Assembly: GCA_030682405.1 (NCBI GenBank)
Contig: JAUXOF010000047.1
Location: forward strand, 18,877-82,876
Origin: Thermodesulfovibrionales bacterium
GTDB taxonomy: Bacteria; Nitrospirota; Thermodesulfovibrionia; Thermodesulfovibrionales; JdFR-86
Length of the DNA: 64,000 nucleotides
Direction of reading: 5' to 3'
The position numbers and the translations under genes are program-made. Below the pieces are notes generated by a model, which searched no databases, had not been told where the DNA came from, and saw nothing but the letters and a program-made list of their open reading frames with translations. The first letter of the stretch is position 1. Each line of letters opens with the position of its first letter. Shown here in pieces: positions 47,872 through 56,843 of this stretch.

Positions 47872-49170
47872 ATGCCCGAAAGCCTGACAAAACAAACCGC
47901 AACGGCGGAGATTAAAAACAAACTCCGGCTTCTTAACCTGCTCGTCTCTTTCGTAATATTTCTCTTCCTGTTCATAATATTCAGATACCTCAGGGGACCG
48001 ATGAGCGAGGTTCTGGACTTCCTGCCCGATGCCTCCATGGCCGTTATAATAGGCATCGTCGTGGTGCTCGGAGGAGTAGGGATATATCTTTCAAGGCTGC
48101 TTTCAACGCAGGTCGTCCACAAAATAGAGGACTACAGCGACAGGCTCGACAGCCTGCTGAATATCACAAGGGACATCCGGGGCGAGATATACGGAGACAT
48201 ACTCCTTGAGAGGATAATGGACTGCTCGCTTTCCATCACGCGCTCGGACGCAGGCTCCATCCTTCTTACAGAGGATGACGGCCTCGTATTTAAAGTGGTC
48301 AAAGGCGTAAAGGCGCGGGAACTCACGGGCAAGACCCTCCCCAAAGATAAAGGTATCGCAGGGTGGGTGCTTGAGCACGGCAAGCCGTTGCTGCTTGAGA
48401 ATGCACGGGAAGACCCCAGATACGATTCCAGTCTGGATGAGTCCACAGGGTACCGGACAAGCTCCATGCTCGCAGTGCCGCTTAAGACAAAGTCCTCGAC
48501 CATCGGCGTCATCGAGCTGCTAAACAAAAAACAGGGTGTCTATGATGAAAGGGACCTCGACTTCATAAGCTATCTTGCCGACCAGGCCGCCATATCCATT
48601 GAGAGGGCAAGGTTCTACGATGACCATACGAACTATGAAATACATCTTACCGACATACTGCTTGACACCATAGACCGATTCCTGCCGGAAAAACAGGGAC
48701 ACTCAAAAAGGGTGGCGGCATACGCCAACATCATAGCAAAGGCCGTGGACATGCCGGAACACAAAAGGAGGAGGCTTTACTTCGCCAGCCTTCTTCACGA
48801 CATAGGCTTCATGAAAATACCGCAGGACAGGAGCTTTGAAAAAGATGTCTTCACAGCCCACCCCTCGGTGGGATATGAGATGCTCCAGCCCATAACCTTC
48901 TATAAAGACATCGCCTCCTATGTGCTTTACCACCATGAAAGATATGACGGATACGGCTACCCGGAGAAACTGAAGGGCGCGGACATACCTCTTGAATCAA
49001 GGATAATCGCCATAGCGGAGGCATACGACTCAATGGTAAGCAAGCTGTCTTACAGGATAGCGCTGAGCCATGAGGCCGCAGTGGAAGAACTCCTCAGGAA
49101 CAGGGGCGGGCAGTTTGACGCCGAACTCGTTGACCTCTTTGTCAGGGAAGTAAAAGGGCCTCTGGACTGA
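47872..49170 (+). CDS. Membrane-anchored GAF + HD-GYP domain protein (putative c-di-GMP phosphodiesterase)
   Basis: Two N-terminal TM helices, a GAF region, then HSKRVA...LLHDIGFMKIP...HHERYDGYGYPEKL. Confidence 0.88.
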   Translation: MPESLTKQTATAEIKNKLRLLNLLVSFVIFLFLFIIFRYLRGPMSEVLDFLPDASMAVIIGIVVVLGGVGIYLSRLLSTQVVHKIEDYSDRLDSLLNITRDIRGEIYGDILLERIMDCSLSITRSDAGSILLTEDDGLVFKVVKGVKARELTGKTLPKDKGIAGWVLEHGKPLLLENAREDPRYDSSLDESTGYRTSSMLAVPLKTKSSTIGVIELLNKKQGVYDERDLDFISYLADQAAISIERARFYDDHTNYEIHLTDILLDTIDRFLPEKQGHSKRVAAYANIIAKAVDMPEHKRRRLYFASLLHDIGFMKIPQDRSFEKDVFTAHPSVGYEMLQPITFYKDIASYVLYHHERYDGYGYPEKLKGADIPLESRIIAIAEAYDSMVSKLSYRIALSHEAAVEELLRNRGGQFDAELVDLFVREVKGPLD

Positions 49171-49172
49171 CC

Positions 49173-50045
49173 TTATTTGGAGATATAGTTCAGAAGGGTG
49201 AACAGGAACACCGTGATGCTTATGTACCCGTTCATGTTGAAAAACGCCTTGTTGAGCCTGCTCAGGTCATCGGCCTTTATGATGGCGTGCTCGTAGATAA
49301 AAAGCGCTGCGGCCACTATCAGCCCGGCCCAGTAATAAAAGCCGAGACCGAAGATTATCCCTGTAAAAACAAGAAAATCCCATGAAAGCAAATGCAGGAA
49401 GCGGGACAGGAAGATGGAGTTCCTGATGCCGAGCTTGGCGGGGATGGAATGAAGGCCGCGGGACTTATCAAACTCCATGTCCTGAAGCGCATAGAGGATA
49501 TCGAACCCCGCAATCCAGAAAAGCACCGCGAGCGCGGGGAAAAACGCCCCGGCCACAAACTTGCCGCCAACCGCCAGCCACGCCCCAAGCGGCGCAGCCG
49601 AGAGTGCGAGGCCGAGCACAAAGTGCGATGCCCATGTGAACCTCTTTGTGTAAGAGTAAAGGACAACAACGGCTATCGCCACGGGGGTGAGCTTAAAGCA
49701 GAGTGGGTTCAGCCTGTAAGCGGCAAGGGCTAAAACGGCAAAAGAGATTATTGAAAGCGTCAGGGCGGCCCTGAAGCTTATCCTGCCTGCAGGCAGTTCC
49801 CTTTCCTCGGTCCTCGGGTTCAGGGCGTCTATATCCCTGTCTATAATTCTGTTAAACCCCATCGCCCCTGTCCTTGCTCCGACCATGGCCACGGTAATCC
49901 AAAATACCTGCCTGAGCGCAGGGACTCCGTCTGCGGCTATCAAGGCTGATGTGAAGGCAAATGGGAGGGCAAAAACGGAATGGGAGAATTTTATCATCCT
50001 CAGATAAAGAACTATATCCTTAAACACTGATAACCCGCACCTCAT
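49173..50045 (-). CDS. UbiA-family aromatic prenyltransferase (UbiA/MqnP-like)
   Basis: FALPFAF, ARTGAMGFNRIIDRDIDALNPRT (NxxxDxxxD); polytopic membrane protein. Confidence 0.85.
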   Translation of the reverse strand: MRCGLSVFKDIVLYLRMIKFSHSVFALPFAFTSALIAADGVPALRQVFWITVAMVGARTGAMGFNRIIDRDIDALNPRTEERELPAGRISFRAALTLSIISFAVLALAAYRLNPLCFKLTPVAIAVVVLYSYTKRFTWASHFVLGLALSAAPLGAWLAVGGKFVAGAFFPALAVLFWIAGFDILYALQDMEFDKSRGLHSIPAKLGIRNSIFLSRFLHLLSWDFLVFTGIIFGLGFYYWAGLIVAAALFIYEHAIIKADDLSRLNKAFFNMNGYISITVFLFTLLNYISK

Positions 50046-50132
50046 ATCCCCTGTTGCCGGCTTAAATTATTTTTATATTAATTCAGACATAAACCTTTTC
50101 AGAAAACCGGACATTGTTAAATGTGCGCCTTG

Positions 50133-50798
50133 TTAAATATACGCCACTTTCTGCCTTTTTTCAACATCAAGCAGGGACCTGATAAAAAAAGAGGCAACCG
50201 TCAGACTGAGGGCGCACCCAAGCCTTATAACCCCTATATCTATGCCCCAAACCGCGCTGCCGGAGAAAATGCCCTCGAAAATCGAATAGAGTATGAACCC
50301 CGCGCCGGAAAGCAGCAGGCCGGAGGTCTTCCGTCCTGTGATGTAGTAGAGGTTGAACATGGCTATGCCGGTCAAAAGGGCGCTGTTGTATCCGAAGCCG
50401 AGCCTGCTTATCCTGTCAAGCTCAGGGACCTCTATTATGCCGGATATGCGGAGCAGGAGATAGCCCGAAAAAATCAGGACAGGCACCACCCTGAACCTGA
50501 CCTTGGTAGGCAGCTTGTAAAGGAGAAAATCCAGCGCGGCCTGAAAAAGAAACACATTGGCCATCACGGAAAACATCCCGGACAAACTTGCCGCAGTCTC
50601 GGAAAGCCACGCCTGCCCCGTCAGCAGGCCCGTAAGCCTCAAATCAACCAAAGCGGCAGTGCCCTTGCATAATGAAAAAGCCGTGAGCATGTAGAAGGCG
50701 TCCTCAAATACGGAAGTCTTAACCGCCCTGACCGCCCTGAACAGCACAAGCGACATTGCCAAAAAGCTCAGGCTGTAGCCTAAGGACACCAATTGCAT
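50133..50798 (-). CDS. Polytopic membrane protein, unknown function
   Basis: 221 aa with about 6-7 hydrophobic helices; no recognisable motif. Confidence 0.55.
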   Translation of the reverse strand: MQLVSLGYSLSFLAMSLVLFRAVRAVKTSVFEDAFYMLTAFSLCKGTAALVDLRLTGLLTGQAWLSETAASLSGMFSVMANVFLFQAALDFLLYKLPTKVRFRVVPVLIFSGYLLLRISGIIEVPELDRISRLGFGYNSALLTGIAMFNLYYITGRKTSGLLLSGAGFILYSIFEGIFSGSAVWGIDIGVIRLGCALSLTVASFFIRSLLDVEKRQKVAYI

Positions 50799-50807
50799 AA
50801 TAAAACT

Positions 50808-51125
50808 CTACAGGAATAGGGACTTTAATACAACTTCAATGTCCGCCTCGCCAGCACCCTCTATCTCGACAACCTTGTTTTTGGAAGAAAGGCCCTTAAG
50901 TATCCTTATTGCGCTTTTTTTTACGCCAAAGGCCTCGGAAAGCACCTCTATCAACTGCTCGTTTGCAGCGCCTCCGACAGGCGGGGCAGTGAGCTTGACC
51001 TTAAGTTGGCGTCCCTCTCCTGGGGAGCCGGATGAAATCCCTGCGATACCCCTTTTGGAGGACCTCGGCTCCACCCTGACTGAGATTATTATCCCGTTTT
51101 TCGATTTCTTATACGGTATTGCCAA
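50808..51125 (-). CDS. DUF167 / YggU-family protein
   Basis: VRVEPRSSKRGIAGI...LKVKLTAPPVGGAANEQLIEVLSEAFGV. Confidence 0.8.
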   Translation of the reverse strand: MAIPYKKSKNGIIISVRVEPRSSKRGIAGISSGSPGEGRQLKVKLTAPPVGGAANEQLIEVLSEAFGVKKSAIRILKGLSSKNKVVEIEGAGEADIEVVLKSLFL

Positions 51126-51197
51126 TTCCCTATGAGGCCCCCTCTATAAGGGCCATCCCTGAAATGGATTTCTCCCTCAGTAAGAAAATTACAACAT

Positions 51198-53153
51198 TCA
51201 GCCCCTGAAAAACTCCCTTATATCATTTAGCGATGAAGTCCTCCTGCACTCAGGCAGGGCCTTCAAAAACCTCATGCCGTATCCCTTTGTCTTAACCCTC
51301 GAATCCAGTATCGCAACAACCCCCCTGTCCTTTTTTGTCCTTATGAGCCTTCCGAAGCCCTGCCTGAGGAGGATTACGGCCTGAGGCACCTGATAGCCTG
51401 AAAAAGGCTCCCCGCCCCCGGCACTGAGCGCCTCCATCCTCGCCTCTATAAGCGGCTCATCCGGCACTGCAAAAGGCAGTTTGGTGATTACCACGCACTC
51501 AAGGGCGTCTCCCGGCATGTCCACGCCCTGCCAGAAGGTGTATGTGCCGAAAATCGCCGAGCGCCTGTCCGCCATAAACTCCTCGCAGAGGCTGTAGCTG
51601 TCCCTTTCCCCCTGCCTCATGATGTTGACCCCTTCTATTTCAATCGCATCCGCAGCCCGCTCAAGCAGCCTGTAGTTGGTAAAAAGCACGAGAGTCCTGC
51701 CCCTTGTTATGGAAAGTATCTCTTCTATCCTCCTGATGAGTTTTTCTTCGGGGCCGTCTTTCTTCGGCCCTGTCTGCGGGGCTTCAAGGTCGTCGGCTGT
51801 ATAAAGGAGCGTCCGGCTTTTATAATCAAACGGCGACTCAAGGAGAAGTTCATCCGCCTCGTTCAACCCCAACCGGCCTTTTATGTATCTAAAGTTCCCG
51901 TCCGTTGAAAGGGTTGCCGATGTGAGCACTGAGGAGGCGAGGTTGTCAAAGACATGCGTCCTTAAAAGCCCTGCCGCATTAACCGGCGTGGCCGCAAGCC
52001 TAAGCCTTTTTCCCTCCCTGCCAAGCCAGTAGACATGGCCTTGAAGCCCCTGAATCAAAACCGTTCCGAGCGATTCCGAAAACGCCCTGCACCTTTGGGC
52101 AAGGGCGCCGAGTTCTTTTTTCTCGTCCTCATCCCCTGAGGCGTCTGAAAGCATGGAAAGCCCGTCTGAAAGCGCCTCCATGGGGCCGGATACGGTATCC
52201 TCGAAAAACCCGGGATTGCGGATTCTCATGGTATGGGATTCCCCTATCGCCTTTTGAAGTTCCGAAAAAAACCCATCGCCGCCCTGCCTTGCCGCATTTA
52301 AGAGCAAGGTTATGTCCTGAAATACCCCTGATGAAAGCCACTTGAGCCTTAAAAGAAGCCCCTTGCCCTGCGGGCTTAATATCGAATCCAAAAGGCGTTT
52401 AAGCCCGAAGTTTGAAACCTCAAGCCCGAGGTAGTCGCACGCTACGTCCTCAAGCATATGCGCCTCGTCAAACACCGCATGCTCAAAAAGGGGCAGGGTC
52501 TTAAACCCGGACGCTGCATTGGCGAAATAAAGGTGGTGGTTGACTACGATTATATCGCTCCTTCTCTCTACGGCCTTTGCCCTCTGATAAAAACAGGGGG
52601 TGTTCCCCCCTCGGGCGGGAGACTGCGAAAACTGGCAGCCCCTGCCCCGGCAGAGGTCCGCCTCCCTCCTTACTTTCTGCCAAAGCCCTGCGCTGATATT
52701 TATTTCCTGCCTGATGCCGGTCTCAGTGGAGGCCGCCCACACAAGAAGCTCGCTGGCCTCATCCATCTCGTCTATGTCGAAAAGCCCGATGCTCTTTGAC
52801 TGCTTGAGCCTCCTTAGGCAGAGATAATTTTCAGCCCCCAGAGAAAGGGCAAACCTCAGTCCGGGAAAGATGTTTTCCCTGATGAAAGGCAGTTCCTTCT
52901 CAACAAGCTGTCTTTGAAGCGCCTTTGTGTAAGTGGAAACCACGGCCTTTTCTCCCTGCTCAAGCACGAACCCTGCAAGCGGGATGAGATAGGCAAGGCT
53001 CTTTCCCACCCCTGTGCCCGCCTCTGCTATGAGATGCCTTCCCCGGCTTAGGGCGTCATACACGGCGCGGGCCATGTCCTCCTGCTCCGGGCGGCGCTCG
53101 TAACCGGGAAGATGACTGCTTAAGAGGGAGTTAAAGCAGATGCGGCTCGTCAA
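51198..53153 (-). CDS. dinG: ATP-dependent DNA helicase, DinG/XPD (Rad3) family
   Basis: AEAGTGVGKSLAYLIP (Walker A), VFDEAHML (DEAH), Cys cluster between them, C-terminal RLIRTKKDRGVVAILD. Confidence 0.88.
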   Translation of the reverse strand: MTSRICFNSLLSSHLPGYERRPEQEDMARAVYDALSRGRHLIAEAGTGVGKSLAYLIPLAGFVLEQGEKAVVSTYTKALQRQLVEKELPFIRENIFPGLRFALSLGAENYLCLRRLKQSKSIGLFDIDEMDEASELLVWAASTETGIRQEINISAGLWQKVRREADLCRGRGCQFSQSPARGGNTPCFYQRAKAVERRSDIIVVNHHLYFANAASGFKTLPLFEHAVFDEAHMLEDVACDYLGLEVSNFGLKRLLDSILSPQGKGLLLRLKWLSSGVFQDITLLLNAARQGGDGFFSELQKAIGESHTMRIRNPGFFEDTVSGPMEALSDGLSMLSDASGDEDEKKELGALAQRCRAFSESLGTVLIQGLQGHVYWLGREGKRLRLAATPVNAAGLLRTHVFDNLASSVLTSATLSTDGNFRYIKGRLGLNEADELLLESPFDYKSRTLLYTADDLEAPQTGPKKDGPEEKLIRRIEEILSITRGRTLVLFTNYRLLERAADAIEIEGVNIMRQGERDSYSLCEEFMADRRSAIFGTYTFWQGVDMPGDALECVVITKLPFAVPDEPLIEARMEALSAGGGEPFSGYQVPQAVILLRQGFGRLIRTKKDRGVVAILDSRVKTKGYGMRFLKALPECRRTSSLNDIREFFRG

Positions 53154-54405
53154 GATTCATCTCTGCGTCAAGGGCAATGGCTTTCTGCTTGCCTAATTCC
53201 TCTATCTTTTTTAATTGCTTTTCGAGCATGTTGCCTCTTGTAGTAAGAAGGGCGTCATATTCATTTTTTGCGTCATCAAGCCTTTTGCCCATGGCTTCAA
53301 ATTTTTCTTTGTATAATTTCCACTGCTTTGAAAATTCCACAAGCAGCTTGAGTATCTCCGAGGCCGTTTTTTCAAGCTTGAAATTTTCAACGGCCTGCCT
53401 TATGACGGCGAGCACAGCGTAAAGCGTAATCGGGGAGCAGAGTATCACCTTCTGCTTAAGGGCCTCGTCCATTATCGTAAGGTCGGATTCGTTTATGAAG
53501 CTGTAGACCTGCTCGTTTGGGACAAAGAGCATCACGTAATCAACCGTGTTATCCTCAGGGTTTATGTAGTCGCGGTTCGTCACCTGCTTAATCATCGTCT
53601 TTGTATTTTTAAGAAGCTCGTCCTTGTACCGCTTTCTTTCGTGCTCTGTCTGAGCGTCGAGATAGTGCTGGTAGTTGTCCAGAGGAAACTTGACGTCCAT
53701 GTTTACTTTTAACCCGTTGGGCAGAAGAAATGTGTAATCCGGCCTGCTTGACGCTCCCTCCACGGTTTTTTGCTTGCTATAGTTTATGCCCTCCGCCATC
53801 CCGATAAGCCTTATGATGTCCTCCGCCATGCGCTCGCCCCACTCCCCCCGCTTCTTGGGGCTTGCAAAGGCATGTCTCAGGTGCTCCGTGGTGTCCTTGA
53901 GTTTTGTCGTAATCTCAGTGTGGGTCTTTACAAGCGTGGAGACCTCAACGCTTCCCTTCTCCACATCAACAATCTTTTTCTGCACCTCGGAAAGCGTCTT
54001 GGCTATCGCGTCAAGGTTCTGGTCTATAAGCCCCTTTTTGCCTTCGAGCTTTTCGTTTAACTGTTCGGAGTTTCTCGCAAGCGCGTCCGACGCAAGAGAC
54101 CCGAAGGCATCCCTGAGCCTCTGCTCCGTATCTTCGAGGAATTTCTTCTGCTCGCTTAAGTTCCTTTGCGATTCCTCCGAAGCCGCCCTCAATGCCTTCT
54201 CGGAGCCGAGTTCGGATCTGACCCTCTCAAGTTCAGCCTCTTTATTGGCTATCTGCCGCTCCCGGTCCGAGGCGAGGGCCTCCGCACCCCTTGCCCTGCC
54301 CTCAAGCCGCGCCTTTACAAAGAGCCATGCCACGACCCAACCGATTACCCCGCCGATTAGTCCTGCTATGAGATATGCTGCATCAGGCATTCTGTATCTT
54401 CCCAT
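53131..54405 (-). CDS. rmuC: DNA recombination protein RmuC
   Basis: N-terminal TM helix, long coiled coil, RPDYTFLLPNG and DYVMLFVPNEQVY. Alternative start at 54390. Confidence 0.88.
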   Translation of the reverse strand: MGRYRMPDAAYLIAGLIGGVIGWVVAWLFVKARLEGRARGAEALASDRERQIANKEAELERVRSELGSEKALRAASEESQRNLSEQKKFLEDTEQRLRDAFGSLASDALARNSEQLNEKLEGKKGLIDQNLDAIAKTLSEVQKKIVDVEKGSVEVSTLVKTHTEITTKLKDTTEHLRHAFASPKKRGEWGERMAEDIIRLIGMAEGINYSKQKTVEGASSRPDYTFLLPNGLKVNMDVKFPLDNYQHYLDAQTEHERKRYKDELLKNTKTMIKQVTNRDYINPEDNTVDYVMLFVPNEQVYSFINESDLTIMDEALKQKVILCSPITLYAVLAVIRQAVENFKLEKTASEILKLLVEFSKQWKLYKEKFEAMGKRLDDAKNEYDALLTTRGNMLEKQLKKIEELGKQKAIALDAEMNLDEPHLL

Positions 54406-54471
54406 AAGAGGCGGGAATCTTTCAAGACATACACCTTAGAAGAAGATGAAGCGGCTCTCCGGTTCCGTGTT

Positions 54472-55233
54472 CTATTTTGTGCTTATGAGCTTCCAGCGGT
54501 AATCCGTGGAAGCGCCGTTACTGACCTGCGCCCAATGGTAGAGGTCCACCTTGCCCCTTCTGTTTACGTTTATGGCATGATGGTATGATGTCTCATCGTC
54601 CTTCTTAAGATAGATGTAAAGGCTGCCGCTGGAGGGGACACCTGAAAAACTCCCGCTTACGCTCCCGTTTCTCCTGAAGACCGCCCTCGCCGGGGCTGTC
54701 CCTTGAAGGCTCATGCCGCCTGACGGGATGTCCGTGGCGCTCGGCTCAAGGTAGTAAATCCCCTCTGCGTTCCTTTGGGGCGCGCCTCCCATGAGTGTCT
54801 TTGTTGCGATGTGGGACGGATTTCCCCCTTGGCTGAAAGTGCCGAAGGCTGCGTCGTATTTCAGCTTCACGCCCTTTACCGTTTCGCCGGAATCGTTCGT
54901 GCCGCTGTCAGGCTTGGAAAGCGTAAGGGTCTGCTCGGACGCGGTGCAGTCGTTGTTCTTGCTGTTGTCTATGCAGGCATAATAGAAGCCCTCTGTAGGG
55001 TTGAAGGCCGTGATTACCGCATTTGCCGCCCCTATGGAGGCTATGCGGGAGTAGTTCAGGTAGAGCCTGATGTCCTCTGCGTTGGATTTGGCCTTTAACG
55101 AGGTGGTAAGGCCGCCCCCGCTTAACACCATGACTCCCAAGCCCGCAAGAACGGCTATGATTGATATGACGACAATAAGCTCGACGAGGGTTACGCCCCT
55201 GTTTCCGATGGGTTTTATTAGTTTAACCCTCAC
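54472..55233 (-). CDS. Type IV minor pilin / pseudopilin, FimT/FimU (GspH-domain)-like
   Basis: Prepilin leader GNRG|VTLVELIVVISIIAVLAGL. GTG start right after the upstream stop. Confidence 0.7.
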   Translation of the reverse strand: MRVKLIKPIGNRGVTLVELIVVISIIAVLAGLGVMVLSGGGLTTSLKAKSNAEDIRLYLNYSRIASIGAANAVITAFNPTEGFYYACIDNSKNNDCTASEQTLTLSKPDSGTNDSGETVKGVKLKYDAAFGTFSQGGNPSHIATKTLMGGAPQRNAEGIYYLEPSATDIPSGGMSLQGTAPARAVFRRNGSVSGSFSGVPSSGSLYIYLKKDDETSYHHAINVNRRGKVDLYHWAQVSNGASTDYRWKLISTK

Positions 55234-55234
55234 C

Positions 55235-56818
55235 CTACATTATCTCCCGCCACATGCCCTTGCCCGACTTAGGCAGGCTCCGCCTGCCGTCCTCAAGTTC
55301 AATGTCATACCAGACCTGAGGGTTTCCGCTGCTTGAAAGCCCGGTCTCTGCGACAAGCCCGCCGAATATCTTCGGGCTGCCGTTCCCTGAAAAGCTCCCT
55401 GTCATATATAAAACGCCCTTGAAATTTATGTCGTTCAATGTCCGGGGGGTTCCGCCGGGGTCGGTTACACTGATTGTCGTGCCCGAGCCTCCGCCCGAAA
55501 CACTCACGGAACCGTCTATATAAATGTCGCCCTCCCTGTAAAACGAGCCTGTTATGCCCAGGTTTATCGGTGCTCCGGGCGCATCAAGGTATAAAAAAGG
55601 GTCCTGATTGTTCTTAAGCCACGTGGTGTTGAATGCCTGCACCGGGCCGAGCACGGCGCCGTCGCTGTTGCTCTTATACACCTGATTTGTAGCGGTATCA
55701 ACCCTGTAATACGACCCGAAGGTCTCGGCGTAATCCTGCATATCCGCCTTCTCCCATTTATCAAGAGTAACACCCGGCTGGTTCTGGTAAACGGCAAGGT
55801 CCTGGTACGGCCTATCGTTTGAAACCCCGTTGATGCCCGCGCACCCGATGCAGTCTGGAGTGCCGGGGCACAGGTTATCGGGGACCGCAGGGCCTCCGGC
55901 GTTACAGCCGCCAGGGCCCATAAAACAACCTCCGATGGTCGCTTTAAACCACGGGTCCGCGCCTGCCCCGCACCTCACCGGCAAACTGCCCCTGTTAAGC
56001 GCCACGTCCCCCAATGCCTTGATTTGTCCCCAGTTTATGGTGCCGTTTCCGTTCCACTGCCCTGCGCCGCCTGTCTGTGCGCCTGCGTCTATTGTCAGGA
56101 ACACGGACTCGTGTATCTCGGACTCCACGGTCTTTATAATGCCGCCTGAGGTTTCCACCATAACCCTCACCGTGCATATCGCCCTCGGCCTCTCTACGTT
56201 ACGCCCGGACTGCGGGTTTGACATCGGGGGATAAATCTTTATTGATATCACCCTGCCCGCAGGGGAGAAATCGCTGAAAAGGGAATTGAGATAGCCCTGA
56301 TTCTCAATCGTAAGCGCCGGGATGTCCGCGGCGCCCGTATCCGTGGAGTTAAAAACGTCCTGAGTGCCGTTGCCGTTAGTGTCCACGAACTGGCTCCAAG
56401 TGGCGCCGACCGCGTTGCTTATGTACTCCCTTTTGCCTGTGTCTATGTCTATATACCTTCTCCTGAAGAAATTCTGCTCCGTGGCCGCGCTGAGCGCGAC
56501 ATTGGGACAGGCCGCTGTTGAGCCGACGTCGATGTTCTGACCCGCACAGTCTTTGAAAGCGTTGTTCAAGACGCTTACCCCTGTGGTAAATCCGCCGGCT
56601 ATCGGCGTGAACCTCTCAGGCCACTGGAACCACTCCCTCACCTGAGTTACGCCGACCTCCGCAAGAAAGACCGACTGGGTGTTCTCCTTCTCAATGCCGG
56701 AAATCCGGGACTCAAGCGTGGCAGTGCTTATCATCACTATGCCCATGACCGTAAGGGCCATGAGTATGACGAGGGCCGCCACCATCACAAAGCCTTTCCT
56801 ACTGCCTCTTCCGAGCAT
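55235..56818 (-). CDS. PilX-like type IV pilus minor component (large)
   Basis: KGFVMVAALVILMALTVMGIVMISTATLESR matches the PilX N-terminal pattern. The ATG at 56818 follows AAGGAG (ORF-track start is 56851). Confidence 0.65.
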   Translation of the reverse strand: MLGRGSRKGFVMVAALVILMALTVMGIVMISTATLESRISGIEKENTQSVFLAEVGVTQVREWFQWPERFTPIAGGFTTGVSVLNNAFKDCAGQNIDVGSTAACPNVALSAATEQNFFRRRYIDIDTGKREYISNAVGATWSQFVDTNGNGTQDVFNSTDTGAADIPALTIENQGYLNSLFSDFSPAGRVISIKIYPPMSNPQSGRNVERPRAICTVRVMVETSGGIIKTVESEIHESVFLTIDAGAQTGGAGQWNGNGTINWGQIKALGDVALNRGSLPVRCGAGADPWFKATIGGCFMGPGGCNAGGPAVPDNLCPGTPDCIGCAGINGVSNDRPYQDLAVYQNQPGVTLDKWEKADMQDYAETFGSYYRVDTATNQVYKSNSDGAVLGPVQAFNTTWLKNNQDPFLYLDAPGAPINLGITGSFYREGDIYIDGSVSVSGGGSGTTISVTDPGGTPRTLNDINFKGVLYMTGSFSGNGSPKIFGGLVAETGLSSSGNPQVWYDIELEDGRRSLPKSGKGMWREIM

Positions 56819-56843
56819 GCCGGCATCTCCTTGTCCATGTCTC

